Shown one piece after another: positions 1-7,985 of a DNA stretch of 44,101 nt (the stretch's first letter is position 1; each line of letters starts with the position of its first letter). The DNA is taken from positions 1-44,101 of the IMG/VR virus record IMGVR_UViG_3300026288_000007; one strand, given 5' to 3'. A program made the translations under genes and the position numbers. Source of the stretch: a virus. Under the pieces are notes generated by a model. It saw nothing but the letters and a program-made list of their open reading frames with translations. It had not been told where the DNA came from and made no database searches.

Positions 1-11
1 TCTATGTATTC

Positions 12-50
12 CATTTTATTTTGATTTGTGAAGAAAAGCAGCCGCTAACA
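12..50 (+). repeat. Direct repeat of 485-524 ending in an attC-like half site (gccgctaac 41-49)
   Basis: ttttattttgatttgtgaagaa(aa/gg)gcagccgctaaca occurs at both places, each directly upstream of a minus-strand ATG. Confidence 0.85.
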
Positions 51-197
51 ACTTTCTTTGCATAATCCGCTACAATCATATTTACAAGGTTCACCACTTT
101 TATAACATTTCTGTGAAGGCGCACTATTCGCTAACACAGTTTTGCCGACAATAGCTGATTCTACATTACTTTCAACAATTCGTTCTTTATCGTTCAT
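45..197 (-). CDS. Small Cys-rich cassette protein (50 aa, not in ORF track)
   Basis: Manual translation MNDKERIVESNVESAIVGKTVLANSAPSQKCYKSGEPCKYDCSGLCKESC*. N-terminus shared with 1420..1635. Confidence 0.65.
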   Translation of the reverse strand: MNDKERIVESNVESAIVGKTVLANSAPSQKCYKSGEPCKYDCSGLCKESC

Positions 198-222
198 TTG
201 CTCTATATTTAAAGTTTGTAAT
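127..222 (+). repeat. attC-like half site; ~88 bp direct repeat with 1573-1660
   Basis: Core ttcgctaac (127-135) is followed by acagt(t/a)ttgccgacaatagctgattct...aaagtttgtaat, near-identical at 1573-1660. No right arm or GTT core. Confidence 0.85.
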
Positions 223-223
223 T

Positions 224-487
224 CTAAGAAACCAGCATTGCACCTTTTAAAGCGTAAATAATTGCATCTCTTACGGTGTGTAAGTCTTGGTAAGTTTGGA
301 CATCGTACATACCAGTTTTAATATCAACCACATCAATCAAAAACCTTTTTAAGTGGTCATATTGTGGCTTACCAAATCCATGGTCAGTTGAAATATAAAT
401 CCGTTTTCCTTTGTAATTAGCATTAAAAAGGTGTTCTGTGTAGTCAATTATTTGACGCTTTTGAATGACACATCCTAATACTTTCAT
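224..487 (-). CDS. Hypothetical cassette protein
   Basis: 87-aa ORF with AT-rich leader, lying between attC-like sites. Confidence 0.75.
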   Translation of the reverse strand: MKVLGCVIQKRQIIDYTEHLFNANYKGKRIYISTDHGFGKPQYDHLKRFLIDVVDIKTGMYDVQTYQDLHTVRDAIIYALKGAMLVS

Positions 488-514
488 TTTTATTTTGATT
501 TGTGAAGAAGGGCA

Positions 515-650
515 GCCGCTAACAAGGTATTAGCTATATGGCGGCTGATGTGCTTCGGTTAAACATTTGTTCTTAAATCAACTGTGGTTCTTCGTATCGG
601 CTGTGGTGCTGAAAAACCGCCACATCGCTAATACCTGAACCGTTACCTGC
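515..650. repeat. attC-like recombination site (complete hairpin)
   Basis: gccgctAAC 515-523; arm aggtattagctatatggcgg 525-544 pairs with ccgccacatcgctaatacct 617-636 (2 mismatches); GTTacctgc 642-650. Confidence 0.85.
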
Positions 651-654
651 AAGG

Positions 655-990
655 CTACCACTCGAAAACCTCATAGTCTGTAAACTCTTCGTAAGACAAA
701 AAATGGTTTGAAGTTTCCCATAATTTTGAGCCATTTTCAGGCTCTTTATTTTCACGCCAAAAACAAGCCTGTAAAAGCGTATTCTCAGGTGAATCAATCC
801 TCAACTTTAATGCGCCACTCCAATGCTTACATCTAACCATTTTGCCATTCATCATTTGTTTTTTAGCCCATTTCCAAGAGCCTTTTAGTCCTAAGTTTTT
901 GATAAACCATTTTTTCATTTTCATTCTATAATTTACTTTCCTGCTATTAATCCGCCCAGCAGGTACCAGCTGTTTGGCAAAAGCTGCCAT
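655..990 (-). CDS. Hypothetical cassette protein (start either within the hairpin at 990 or at MKMKKW ~924)
   Basis: ORF fills the interval between cores 642 and 959. Trp-rich small phage-like protein. Confidence 0.75.
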   Translation of the reverse strand: MAAFAKQLVPAGRINSRKVNYRMKMKKWFIKNLGLKGSWKWAKKQMMNGKMVRCKHWSGALKLRIDSPENTLLQACFWRENKEPENGSKLWETSNHFLSYEEFTDYEVFEW

Positions 991-1055
991 AAAGTTTTGT
1001 GCGAAAATTGAACATCCGTTAGGCAGCCTTCGCCAATACCTAAAACGTTATCGGT
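959..1055. repeat. attC-like recombination site (complete, AAC changed to ACC)
   Basis: gcaggtACC 959-967; ttggcaaaagctgcc 974-988 pairs with ggcagccttcgccaa 1022-1036; GTTatcggt 1047-1055. Confidence 0.8.
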
Positions 1056-1057
1056 AA

Positions 1058-1348
1058 TTAAAAGAACCACCGAACTAAATCCATTCCGCTTGACTTATAA
1101 TTTTGCTTCTGCATATCATTAAAAGGTATCTTTTTAACCATTGCGTCTGGTAATCTTAAATTAGTATATTGAGTATATCGTTCTAATTTAAGTGTTCTGC
1201 CATCGCCTGAACAAAATTGATAACAAGCTCCATTATAGAGAATGTAATCACCTTTTTTGACTGGATATTCTTTGCGACCAATCTTAACAGCCGATAACAC
1301 GGGTTTTGCGTCAGCAGGGGTTTCGTTTTTCAAATTATCTGTATTCAT
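1058..1348 (-). CDS. Hypothetical cassette protein; N-terminus encoded by the attC-like hairpin
   Basis: 96-aa ORF. ATG at 1348 lies in the loop of site 1290-1427; stop is adjacent to core 1047-1055. Confidence 0.8.
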   Translation of the reverse strand: MNTDNLKNETPADAKPVLSAVKIGRKEYPVKKGDYILYNGACYQFCSGDGRTLKLERYTQYTNLRLPDAMVKKIPFNDMQKQNYKSSGMDLVRWFF

Positions 1349-1427
1349 ATTATCAAATTTTAGTTTTTCAAATCAACTTTAGTGCTATCAAGCCCTGCCG
1401 AACGCAAAGCCCGAAACCGTTAGCGGC
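1290..1427. repeat. attC-like recombination site (complete hairpin)
   Basis: gccgatAAC 1290-1298; cgggttttgcgtcagcaggg 1300-1319 pairs imperfectly with ccctgccgaacgcaaagcccg 1393-1413; GTTagcggc 1419-1427. Confidence 0.85.
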
Positions 1428-1635
1428 AAGGCTCGAAATCATTACAATCGTTTTTCTGTTGTGAATCATCTTTCACTGCTTTACCTAAGTAACCTAATCC
1501 GCAATCGAACTGGTTTTCTCCTTCGTTCCAGTACAGCCATTTGCACCTTGAACAAGAATGAACTTCACCTACCACAGTATTGCCGACAATAGCTGATTCT
1601 ACATTACTTTCAACAATTCGTTCTTTATCGTTCAT
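1420..1635 (-). CDS. Small Cys-rich (CxxC...C...C) cassette protein
   Basis: 71-aa ORF with CSRCKW...C...CNDF pattern, typical of phage Zn-binding minigenes. N-terminus shared with 45..197. Confidence 0.75.
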   Translation of the reverse strand: MNDKERIVESNVESAIVGNTVVGEVHSCSRCKWLYWNEGENQFDCGLGYLGKAVKDDSQQKNDCNDFEPCR

Positions 1636-1661
1636 TTGCTCTATATTTAAAGTTTGTAATT
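1565..1661 (+). repeat. Degenerate attC-like half site; direct repeat of 135-222
   Basis: tcacctACC core followed by the 88-bp repeat. Confidence 0.8.
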
Positions 1662-1858
1662 TCTTCTAAATCTCTTTTATGCTTTGCCGGCATAAGTCTC
1701 CCGATTCTTACGATGTATTTTTCATCCTCATAATATGACCCTTTGAGCCGATTGAGGATATGTATAGAGACATTCTCCTCCTTACAAGCCGCAACCAAAG
1801 ACCCGTAATATTTATGGATTCCGGTCTCTTTATTAAATGTGTGTACTACCTTTCGCAT
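1625..1858 (-). CDS. Small putative DNA-binding protein (NUMOD1-like pattern), paralogue of 42598..42813
   Basis: KETGIHKYYGSLVAA versus KATGEHKYYGSLAAI. First gene after promoter 1886-1917. Confidence 0.7.
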   Translation of the reverse strand: MRKVVHTFNKETGIHKYYGSLVAACKEENVSIHILNRLKGSYYEDEKYIVRIGRLMPAKHKRDLEEITNFKYRANER

Positions 1859-1885
1859 TTTAATTTTTTACGTGAATTAATTGAA

Positions 1886-1917
1886 CAAAATTAATATGTG
1901 GAATATTACTGACCAAA
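1886..1917 (-). promoter_or_regulatory. Bacteroidota sigma-A type promoter driving the left cassette array
   Basis: Minus strand TTTG-N20-TAATTTTG. Confidence 0.75.
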
Positions 1918-1985
1918 CTTTTTGTCATTTATTTTTAATATTTCTGTAAAATAATTTAGACCATAGCAAAATGTAACCAAATTAA

Positions 1986-2270
1986 TTATAGTTTTCCGAT
2001 TATATCTTCGACAGTGATCCACTTTTTACGCCTATCCATCCGGTTATTTATACGCCATAATCCCCATCGAAATTTGGTTATATACATATATTTGTTGCGC
2101 CGGTAGGCAAAAGGATTATCAACATCATCAAACACGTGTGTAGGATCTGTAGGGAATGTTTTTTGAATCAACCTAATGACTGCATCAACCCCATTGATAT
2201 CAATATTCCTGCTTATCTTTAATTGCGACTTACCACCTTTTAAATCCCTAATTATTGTATCTATATCCAT
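1986..2270 (-). CDS. Hypothetical protein (likely start MDIDT at 2270)
   Basis: ORF track 1986..2303; ATG at 2270 abuts the upstream stop at 2272. Confidence 0.65.
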   Translation of the reverse strand: MDIDTIIRDLKGGKSQLKISRNIDINGVDAVIRLIQKTFPTDPTHVFDDVDNPFAYRRNKYMYITKFRWGLWRINNRMDRRKKWITVEDIIGKL

Positions 2271-2271
2271 C

Positions 2272-2562
2272 TTATTCAGTAATTTTAAACCAACCATCTT
2301 CATGTTCTACGACATTGACGTCATACATGAATTTTTTTGATAATTCTTTATGTACATTCCGGTTTTCGATAGTAAAGCCGGAAGTACTTGCTTGATGCAC
2401 CTTTACTCCTTTCAACTGATTATTATTAATCCGAAAGAAACAACCCTCTTTAGTAAAATTAAATTCAAGTTCATCTCCATATTCAAATCCTATTTTTTTT
2501 GCTAAAAAAGCATTAAAATAGATTGATGTATATGGTTTAATTGAAAAAATCTCTTTATTCAT
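2272..2562 (-). CDS. Hypothetical protein, possibly AbrB-like fold
   Basis: 96-aa ORF in operon. KKIGFEYGDELEF loosely resembles the AbrB motif. Confidence 0.65.
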   Translation of the reverse strand: MNKEIFSIKPYTSIYFNAFLAKKIGFEYGDELEFNFTKEGCFFRINNNQLKGVKVHQASTSGFTIENRNVHKELSKKFMYDVNVVEHEDGWFKITE

Positions 2563-2575
2563 ATTTTTATTTTTT

Positions 2576-3307
2576 TTAAAATGGTGTTAAATTAATATCT
2601 ATTATCATCCCCTTTTCTGCGACAAAAACATTCTTACCTGTCTGCTGCTCAACTTCATTGATGAATCTTTTTGCATCAGAATTTGTGTCCGAAAGATGAA
2701 TCAAAACAATGTTATTGACATTTGTTAAATCATTAGATTTCAAAAAAACTTTACAAGTCTTAATCGACATATGTGATTGAATTACTCTATCTCGTACAAA
2801 CTTATTGCTTATCCTTAATTTCTCATCAATTATCATATCACAATAATTCGCCTCAATTAAGATATTATTAATATTAGCAAATCGATTGGGGACATAATAA
2901 GTATCGGTAATAAATAATAGATTCCCACATTCTGAATGTTTTATAAAAAATCCGCATGGCTCTTTTGCATCGTGCATCACTTTTACCGGGATGATTTTAA
3001 ATTTGCCAACAAAAAAGGGACGATCAATTGTTATAGCATTGAGTCTATGACTTTTTATTGCCATGCCTTCAATCGTCCCTTTCGTTGCATAAACATTCAT
3101 CCCATTTGTTAAAGCATCAGGAACACCTTTGCAATGATCTTTGTGTTCGTGTGTAATTAATATGCCACATACCTTTTGTAAGTCGTAATTCATTGCCTCT
3201 TTTACTTCATCGAAATGCACACCACATTCAAGTATCAAAGCTTCCGTTTTATTTTCTAAAATATAACAGTTGCCTTTACTCCCTGATCCTATAACTTTCA
3301 GTATCAT
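2576..3307 (-). CDS. Metallo-beta-lactamase-fold hydrolase/nuclease (YycJ-like)
   Basis: GSGSKGN, THEHKDH, HD, TDT, IEANY, H-motifs. True start MILK at 3307, because the upstream 16 codons derive largely from the IS right end. Confidence 0.92.
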   Translation of the reverse strand: MILKVIGSGSKGNCYILENKTEALILECGVHFDEVKEAMNYDLQKVCGILITHEHKDHCKGVPDALTNGMNVYATKGTIEGMAIKSHRLNAITIDRPFFVGKFKIIPVKVMHDAKEPCGFFIKHSECGNLLFITDTYYVPNRFANINNILIEANYCDMIIDEKLRISNKFVRDRVIQSHMSIKTCKVFLKSNDLTNVNNIVLIHLSDTNSDAKRFINEVEQQTGKNVFVAEKGMIIDINLTPF

Positions 3308-3329
3308 GCTATCTGACATTCTCCCACGA

Positions 3330-4469
3330 CTAAAGTCTGTGGGGTTCTGCAACACGCACAGCGCAACCGCTCACGTTATGTTGCAAGGTCGATGCCCTCA
3401 ACCCGAATTTTTTGATATTCAATGCAGCGTTTAAATCTCTATTTAACTGATGTCCATTAGAGCAAACCCAATCTCTGTCAGATAGTTTTAGGTTTTGGTT
3501 TACATCTCCACACACATTACAAATTTTAGAACTTGGTTCAAACCTTCCAATTACACGAAGGTCTTTGACTTTATACTCTAACATTTGTCTAAACATTCCC
3601 CACCCACAATCATTTATAGATAATGCGAGATTATGATTTTTAACCATATTTCCAACTGCAAAATCCTCTATACAAACTGTTTCGTATGTTGTAGCGAGAT
3701 ACGTAGTTAATTTGTGAAGATAGTCCTTACGCTGATTGGAAATTTTCTCATGGAGCTTAGCAACTCTCAACCTTTGCTTTCGGTAGTTGTTGCTTTGCTC
3801 TTTTCCTTTTTGAAATTTCCTTGATAAGGAACGCTGTTCTTTTTTTAATTTATTTAAGTTTTGTCTAAGATATTTTTGGTTTTCAAAGAATTCTCCATCT
3901 GATGTTATTGCCAAATGCTTTATTCCCAAATCAACTCCTACAGCACCGTTTCCAGTTTTTCTTTGTTGAGTAGATTCAAAAGTTATTGAAACAAAATATC
4001 TTCCAGTCGTGGACTTTGATACAGTAGCGAATTTTATTGTACCTTCAATATGTTTGTCTTTAAAAAACTTAACCCATCCTACTTTGGGAATAAAGAATTT
4101 ATATTCATCAAAATTAATCTTTACATCTTGTGGAATCCTAAAAGATTGTTTACTATGTTTTGATTTAAACTTTGGAAAACCTTTTTTGGCTCTAAAGAAG
4201 TTTGAAAACGCTTTGTCTAAATTAGATATAGATTGTTGTAGTTGTTGAGAACCAGAAAGATTAAGCCATTCAAAATCTTCCTTTTTCTTGAATGATGTCA
4301 ACTCTTTCATCAAATCAAAACAAGAAAGTGTTTTTTTATCTTCTTGATATGCTTTAATCTTTTTATCCAAAGCCCAATTATATACAAATCGACAGTTTCC
4401 AAAAGATTGGTTTAACTTTTTGGATTGAGATTTTGTAGGATTAAGTTCGTATTTTATTGACTTTAACAT
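3330..4469 (-). CDS. tnpB: RNA-guided endonuclease TnpB
   Basis: HTH (FGNCRFVYN), PKFKSK, RuvC-I GVDLG, RuvC-II IED, Zn finger CNVCG...C..H, RuvC-III RDLNAA. Confidence 0.97.
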   Translation of the reverse strand: MLKSIKYELNPTKSQSKKLNQSFGNCRFVYNWALDKKIKAYQEDKKTLSCFDLMKELTSFKKKEDFEWLNLSGSQQLQQSISNLDKAFSNFFRAKKGFPKFKSKHSKQSFRIPQDVKINFDEYKFFIPKVGWVKFFKDKHIEGTIKFATVSKSTTGRYFVSITFESTQQRKTGNGAVGVDLGIKHLAITSDGEFFENQKYLRQNLNKLKKEQRSLSRKFQKGKEQSNNYRKQRLRVAKLHEKISNQRKDYLHKLTTYLATTYETVCIEDFAVGNMVKNHNLALSINDCGWGMFRQMLEYKVKDLRVIGRFEPSSKICNVCGDVNQNLKLSDRDWVCSNGHQLNRDLNAALNIKKFGLRASTLQHNVSGCAVRVAEPHRL

Positions 4470-4486
4470 ATCTTATATAAACAATG

Positions 4487-4518
4487 CAAATATATAACTT
4501 TTATTTTAAACTACTAAA
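4487..4518 (-). promoter_or_regulatory. Promoter inside the IS left end, driving tnpB
   Basis: TTTA-N20-TATATTTG about 18 nt before the tnpB ATG. Confidence 0.6.
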
Positions 4519-4544
4519 TATTTTAGCAAAATTATTAACCAAAT

Positions 4545-4877
4545 TCATCCCACGGTTGAAAACACGTGGGCTTTCTTTGACTTTAATTTGTAATTCGGTA
4601 ATGTTCTGTAATTAAATTTTGCAAGGACTAAATCAGATTCGTTAATATCAAGTATTACATTTAATTTTACATCATAACCGACCCACTGATTTGATTCGTT
4701 GCATATTAATACATTCATACATTTAACATAAAATCCTTCTTTACCTTGAATCTCTTCAATAACTTCTTGGATATTATCTACTACAGGCATCCCACCCCAC
4801 ACACAATCTGTAATCTCTAAAAAATTGTGGGCTTTATCAATGTGATAGATATAATCCGTTTTTGGTACGTGTATCAT
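4545..4877 (-). CDS. Hypothetical protein whose C-terminus is replaced by IS left-end sequence
   Basis: Ends ...TLPNY|KLKSKKAHVFSTVG; the pre-insertion form would be ...TLPNYIA*. Confidence 0.75.
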   Translation of the reverse strand: MIHVPKTDYIYHIDKAHNFLEITDCVWGGMPVVDNIQEVIEEIQGKEGFYVKCMNVLICNESNQWVGYDVKLNVILDINESDLVLAKFNYRTLPNYKLKSKKAHVFSTVG

Positions 4878-4894
4878 TATTTTTGTTTTTTTTG

Positions 4895-5734
4895 TTAATA
4901 CGATGGTGATTCTAATTCAACAACCTCAATATTATCAATATTGATAATATCATCGGTATTAGCATTCTCTGCAATATCATCTTGTACTGATTCTGATAAT
5001 AAATCAACATTATCTTGTTCATCAGACGTGAATAATACTGAATCATCGGAACTATTAATAATAATCTTACAAGCTCGTGATATGACAGTTTTTAGACACA
5101 TTTGATCCTCAAAATTCTTGTGTGCCGGTGATCCGCCTTTCATTACCCCCTGGTCCCACGATTTTTGAATCTGTTGAATAGACATTATCTCTGCAAATGT
5201 AGTACCGTCTGTCAACGTACAAACGGCATACACTCCTTTTATTTTACCTCCGATATTGTCTATTGAAGAAACATGACTTTTTATTTTCTTGAATCCATTT
5301 TCAATATCAATTTCAAATGTAAATTCATCATTTTCATAAATCACATTAGCAGCAATATTAGCCAATTTCCCGTACCGTTTTGCAATTGCTATTGTTCCCT
5401 GATATGAACGTTGACATTCTAATTTTTGTCCATAAGGGATAAAATATACTTGATTTTTTGCAGGATTAAGCCCATCAGCGACCATCTTGAATAGGGCATT
5501 GGCAATACTTGATTTAGTACATAATTCAATTAAAGGTTTATCTTTCCCTTTCGGTATTTCAAGAAGCTTGAACCAAGCCGCCTGTAATGCGTTTGAAGGT
5601 TCATAATTAGGAGGGATAACTAATTGATTCAACGATTTCAATTCGTTAATCTTCATCAATACCTGTGTTATTGTCTCTTCTTTAAAAGAAGATGAAGAAG
5701 TTTTTGCGACTGTTTTTTCATTTACATTTGTCAT
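4895..5734 (-). CDS. recT: RecT-family single-strand annealing protein
   Basis: GLNPAKNQVYFIPYG, RSYQG, VIYENDEF, MCLKTVI motifs; acidic tail. Confidence 0.93.
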   Translation of the reverse strand: MTNVNEKTVAKTSSSSFKEETITQVLMKINELKSLNQLVIPPNYEPSNALQAAWFKLLEIPKGKDKPLIELCTKSSIANALFKMVADGLNPAKNQVYFIPYGQKLECQRSYQGTIAIAKRYGKLANIAANVIYENDEFTFEIDIENGFKKIKSHVSSIDNIGGKIKGVYAVCTLTDGTTFAEIMSIQQIQKSWDQGVMKGGSPAHKNFEDQMCLKTVISRACKIIINSSDDSVLFTSDEQDNVDLLSESVQDDIAENANTDDIINIDNIEVVELESPSY

Positions 5735-5736
5735 AG

Positions 5737-7767
5737 CTATTTATATTTAAAAGTTAATTGTTTATCTGTTGTGACATTAAGTTTTATAATTTGGGATTTT
5801 GTTTCTAAGAAATTGTTTGTACTTTCAGCATTGTCGATAAAGATAGGTGCATTAATGTTATTAAAGAAAGAAAGAGTGTTAATAATTGCTAAACCTGCAT
5901 TTATTTTTGATGCAGTATTTGCTGATTCATAAGGAATTCCATTTATTAACGTTTTGCAGCACGGTACCTCCTGCCCATTGATTTGTGTCTCAAACATTCT
6001 AAATGTGACATATTCAAATTTACCATTTATTTTTTCTTCAATATAATTAACTCTTTGTTTTTCAAATTGAAGAATAGCAAACTCAATTTTTTCAAGCCTA
6101 TTCAGTTCTTGTGCAAGTGTCGATTCTTGATGTTTTAGTTCTTCAATCCTTGCATCTATCAACTTGATTTGAGTTTGATTGCTTGATTTTGCTGATAGTT
6201 CATTAATCTGTATGTTAATATCATTTACCTCATTCTGTATTATAATCCTTCGCTCCTTCAATTCTTGTGTCATTGAATCTTGTGCAGGTTTATCTTCAAT
6301 TCCTTTTTCAAGCTCAATGACATTGGCTCTTAATTCTTGTAGTTCATTATTAGTTGCTTTAGCGTCTGCAATATTTTTTTCTATATCCGGGAGTTCTTCA
6401 GATTCTTTTTTTAGCCTTTCAAGTTCAACTTTTTTTGATTCAGCCTCTTTTTGTGCAGCATCTAAATTCAAAGTCAATTGTTGTAATAAATCTTCTATCG
6501 TCTTTCTTTCCTCAACTAATTCTTTCCCCTCAAGAACATTTTTATCAAGCCGTAGCTTTTTAGAAGCATTGAAATTATGAATAAATTCATCTTTGTTTAG
6601 CCTGATAGTTTCTGCCGGTAATGACTGTTGACATGTCGGACACTTACAAGAAGATTCGTCAAAGTGTGGTTGTTGTTCTGTATTAATTAGCTTCCATTGC
6701 TCCCTTTTTTCTGTCAACTTACCTTCAATCTCGTCTGCTTTCAATAATCCATTTTGAAACTTTGAATTAAGATTGACAATAGAAATATCTATTTGTTCAA
6801 TTTCTCTTTTTAATGAGTTTATTTCATTTTCCGGATTCTTATACGAAGCCCGGATATCTGATTCAATCTCTTTTTCAAGCTTAAACTTAGTGGTTTTTAA
6901 CTTATATAAACGCTCTAATCGCTCTGTATATTCCTTGTTTTGCAAGGCTAATCGTTCAGTAAAAGAGGTTTCTGCATCAATGACCTGTTGCAGGTCCTTT
7001 TGTAAACTTTGTAGTTTTGTATTAAGAATTCTTTTTTCATCTTCAAGCCCTTTGACATAAACCGGATTGGGCTTACTTCTTTCTGCTTCGTCTATCCTTG
7101 AGGGAATAAACTGAATTTCATCCTTTATTCGTTTCTTCTTATTAGCAGTTTCTGCCTTCGCCTCTGCCATAGTTTTGCCATGACTTAGAATATTACCTAT
7201 AATTTGAGAATGATCTGTTTCCATATCTGATTCTGAAAGAATTTCAGAATCGGTTATCTCCCCGGCCAATGAAAATATTATTTCCCTCCTTTTTTCCCAA
7301 TGAAGTGTGTGGAAGTAGTTGACGTTTGTCAACAATTTGAATAATCCTTCATCAATCAAATCCTTAATTTTTGACTGATAATCCATTTGTTTCAGTGGAA
7401 CTTCATTCCAAAAGTATGTAGTTTCATTCCCTGTAAACTCAAGATCATCAGACCCCCTCTTTTTCTGCCATTTTTCTGAAAGCACTCTTTTTAGAGTAAT
7501 TTCTTTAGAATCAACATCAAGTACCAATTCTACAGAATGTTCAAGCCTTTCAATGATTTTACCTTCTTTATCATAGGTTTTTATCTCGAAGTCTTTCCGG
7601 TCTTCAATATCCTTTCCAAATAAGCACCACAAAAATGCATTTACGATTGTCGTTTTTCCTGTGGCATTGTCACCGGATATGTTGTTTGTTGTGGTATTGA
7701 AGTTAAACTCCGCATTGCGGATTCCCTTGAAATTAATAAGGGACATAGCTTTTAAAATAATATTCAT
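5737..7767 (-). CDS. SMC/SbcC(Rad50)-like coiled-coil ATPase
   Basis: NFKG, Walker A GDNATGKTT, long coiled coil with CPTC Zn hook, Walker B IFIDNAES. Confidence 0.92.
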   Translation of the reverse strand: MNIILKAMSLINFKGIRNAEFNFNTTTNNISGDNATGKTTIVNAFLWCLFGKDIEDRKDFEIKTYDKEGKIIERLEHSVELVLDVDSKEITLKRVLSEKWQKKRGSDDLEFTGNETTYFWNEVPLKQMDYQSKIKDLIDEGLFKLLTNVNYFHTLHWEKRREIIFSLAGEITDSEILSESDMETDHSQIIGNILSHGKTMAEAKAETANKKKRIKDEIQFIPSRIDEAERSKPNPVYVKGLEDEKRILNTKLQSLQKDLQQVIDAETSFTERLALQNKEYTERLERLYKLKTTKFKLEKEIESDIRASYKNPENEINSLKREIEQIDISIVNLNSKFQNGLLKADEIEGKLTEKREQWKLINTEQQPHFDESSCKCPTCQQSLPAETIRLNKDEFIHNFNASKKLRLDKNVLEGKELVEERKTIEDLLQQLTLNLDAAQKEAESKKVELERLKKESEELPDIEKNIADAKATNNELQELRANVIELEKGIEDKPAQDSMTQELKERRIIIQNEVNDINIQINELSAKSSNQTQIKLIDARIEELKHQESTLAQELNRLEKIEFAILQFEKQRVNYIEEKINGKFEYVTFRMFETQINGQEVPCCKTLINGIPYESANTASKINAGLAIINTLSFFNNINAPIFIDNAESTNNFLETKSQIIKLNVTTDKQLTFKYK

Positions 7768-7811
7768 ATCTTTGTTTTTTATTTTTTTTGTTGATAATAT
7801 TTTATAAAGTC

Positions 7812-7985
7812 TTAGCTTAATTCACTAAGACTTTTTTCTTTTCGGTGAATCAGTTCTATGAGATTACTCTGAACTTTTTCATTTTGAACCCTGTCGTGAA
7901 CTATGTGAATAAGATGCTCTAACTGTTCAATCGTTTCACAAGAAGCAATCCACGATTCAATTATTGCTTCATTATCTTCTACCAT
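7812..7985 (-). CDS. Hypothetical protein (57 aa, not in ORF track)
   Basis: MVEDNEAIIESWIASCETIEQLEHL...; overlaps the upstream stop codon. Confidence 0.6.
   Translation of the reverse strand: MVEDNEAIIESWIASCETIEQLEHLIHIVHDRVQNEKVQSNLIELIHRKEKSLSELS

Larger units (their letters stand above)
3313..4589 (-). mobile_element. Non-autonomous IS200/IS605-family element (TnpB only, IS1341-like)
   Basis: Minus strand: TTAC|15 nt-AAAG-hairpin CCCACG..CGTGGG (4549-4570) at the left end; GAAC-hairpin (3323-3343)-AGAATG-TCAG| at the right end. Removal restores an ATGA stop/start overlap. Confidence 0.93.

Noticed and set aside
515..650. Hairpin elements as ordinary terminators, REP sequences or MITEs
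   Set aside because: No U tails, long variable loops, no target-site duplication; cross-cassette core complementarity is not expected for those elements.
135..1661. 88-bp repeat as DGR TR/VR, terminal repeat or attL/attR
   Set aside because: One mismatch only, no RT, and both copies are internal parts of the hairpin-site family.
3308..3355. N-terminal 16 aa of the MBL ORF in the track
   Set aside because: Derived largely from IS right-end sequence; the reconstructed ATGA overlap places the start at 3307.
3313..4589. IStron (group I intron plus IS), suggested by the terminal G
   Set aside because: Only about 120 nt lie between the left end and tnpB, too short for a group I ribozyme.
5737..7767. 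SMC-like ATPase as a Wadjet/Lamassu defence system
   Set aside because: The ATPase-RecT-MBL cluster is a common phage recombination module and no partner defence genes are present.
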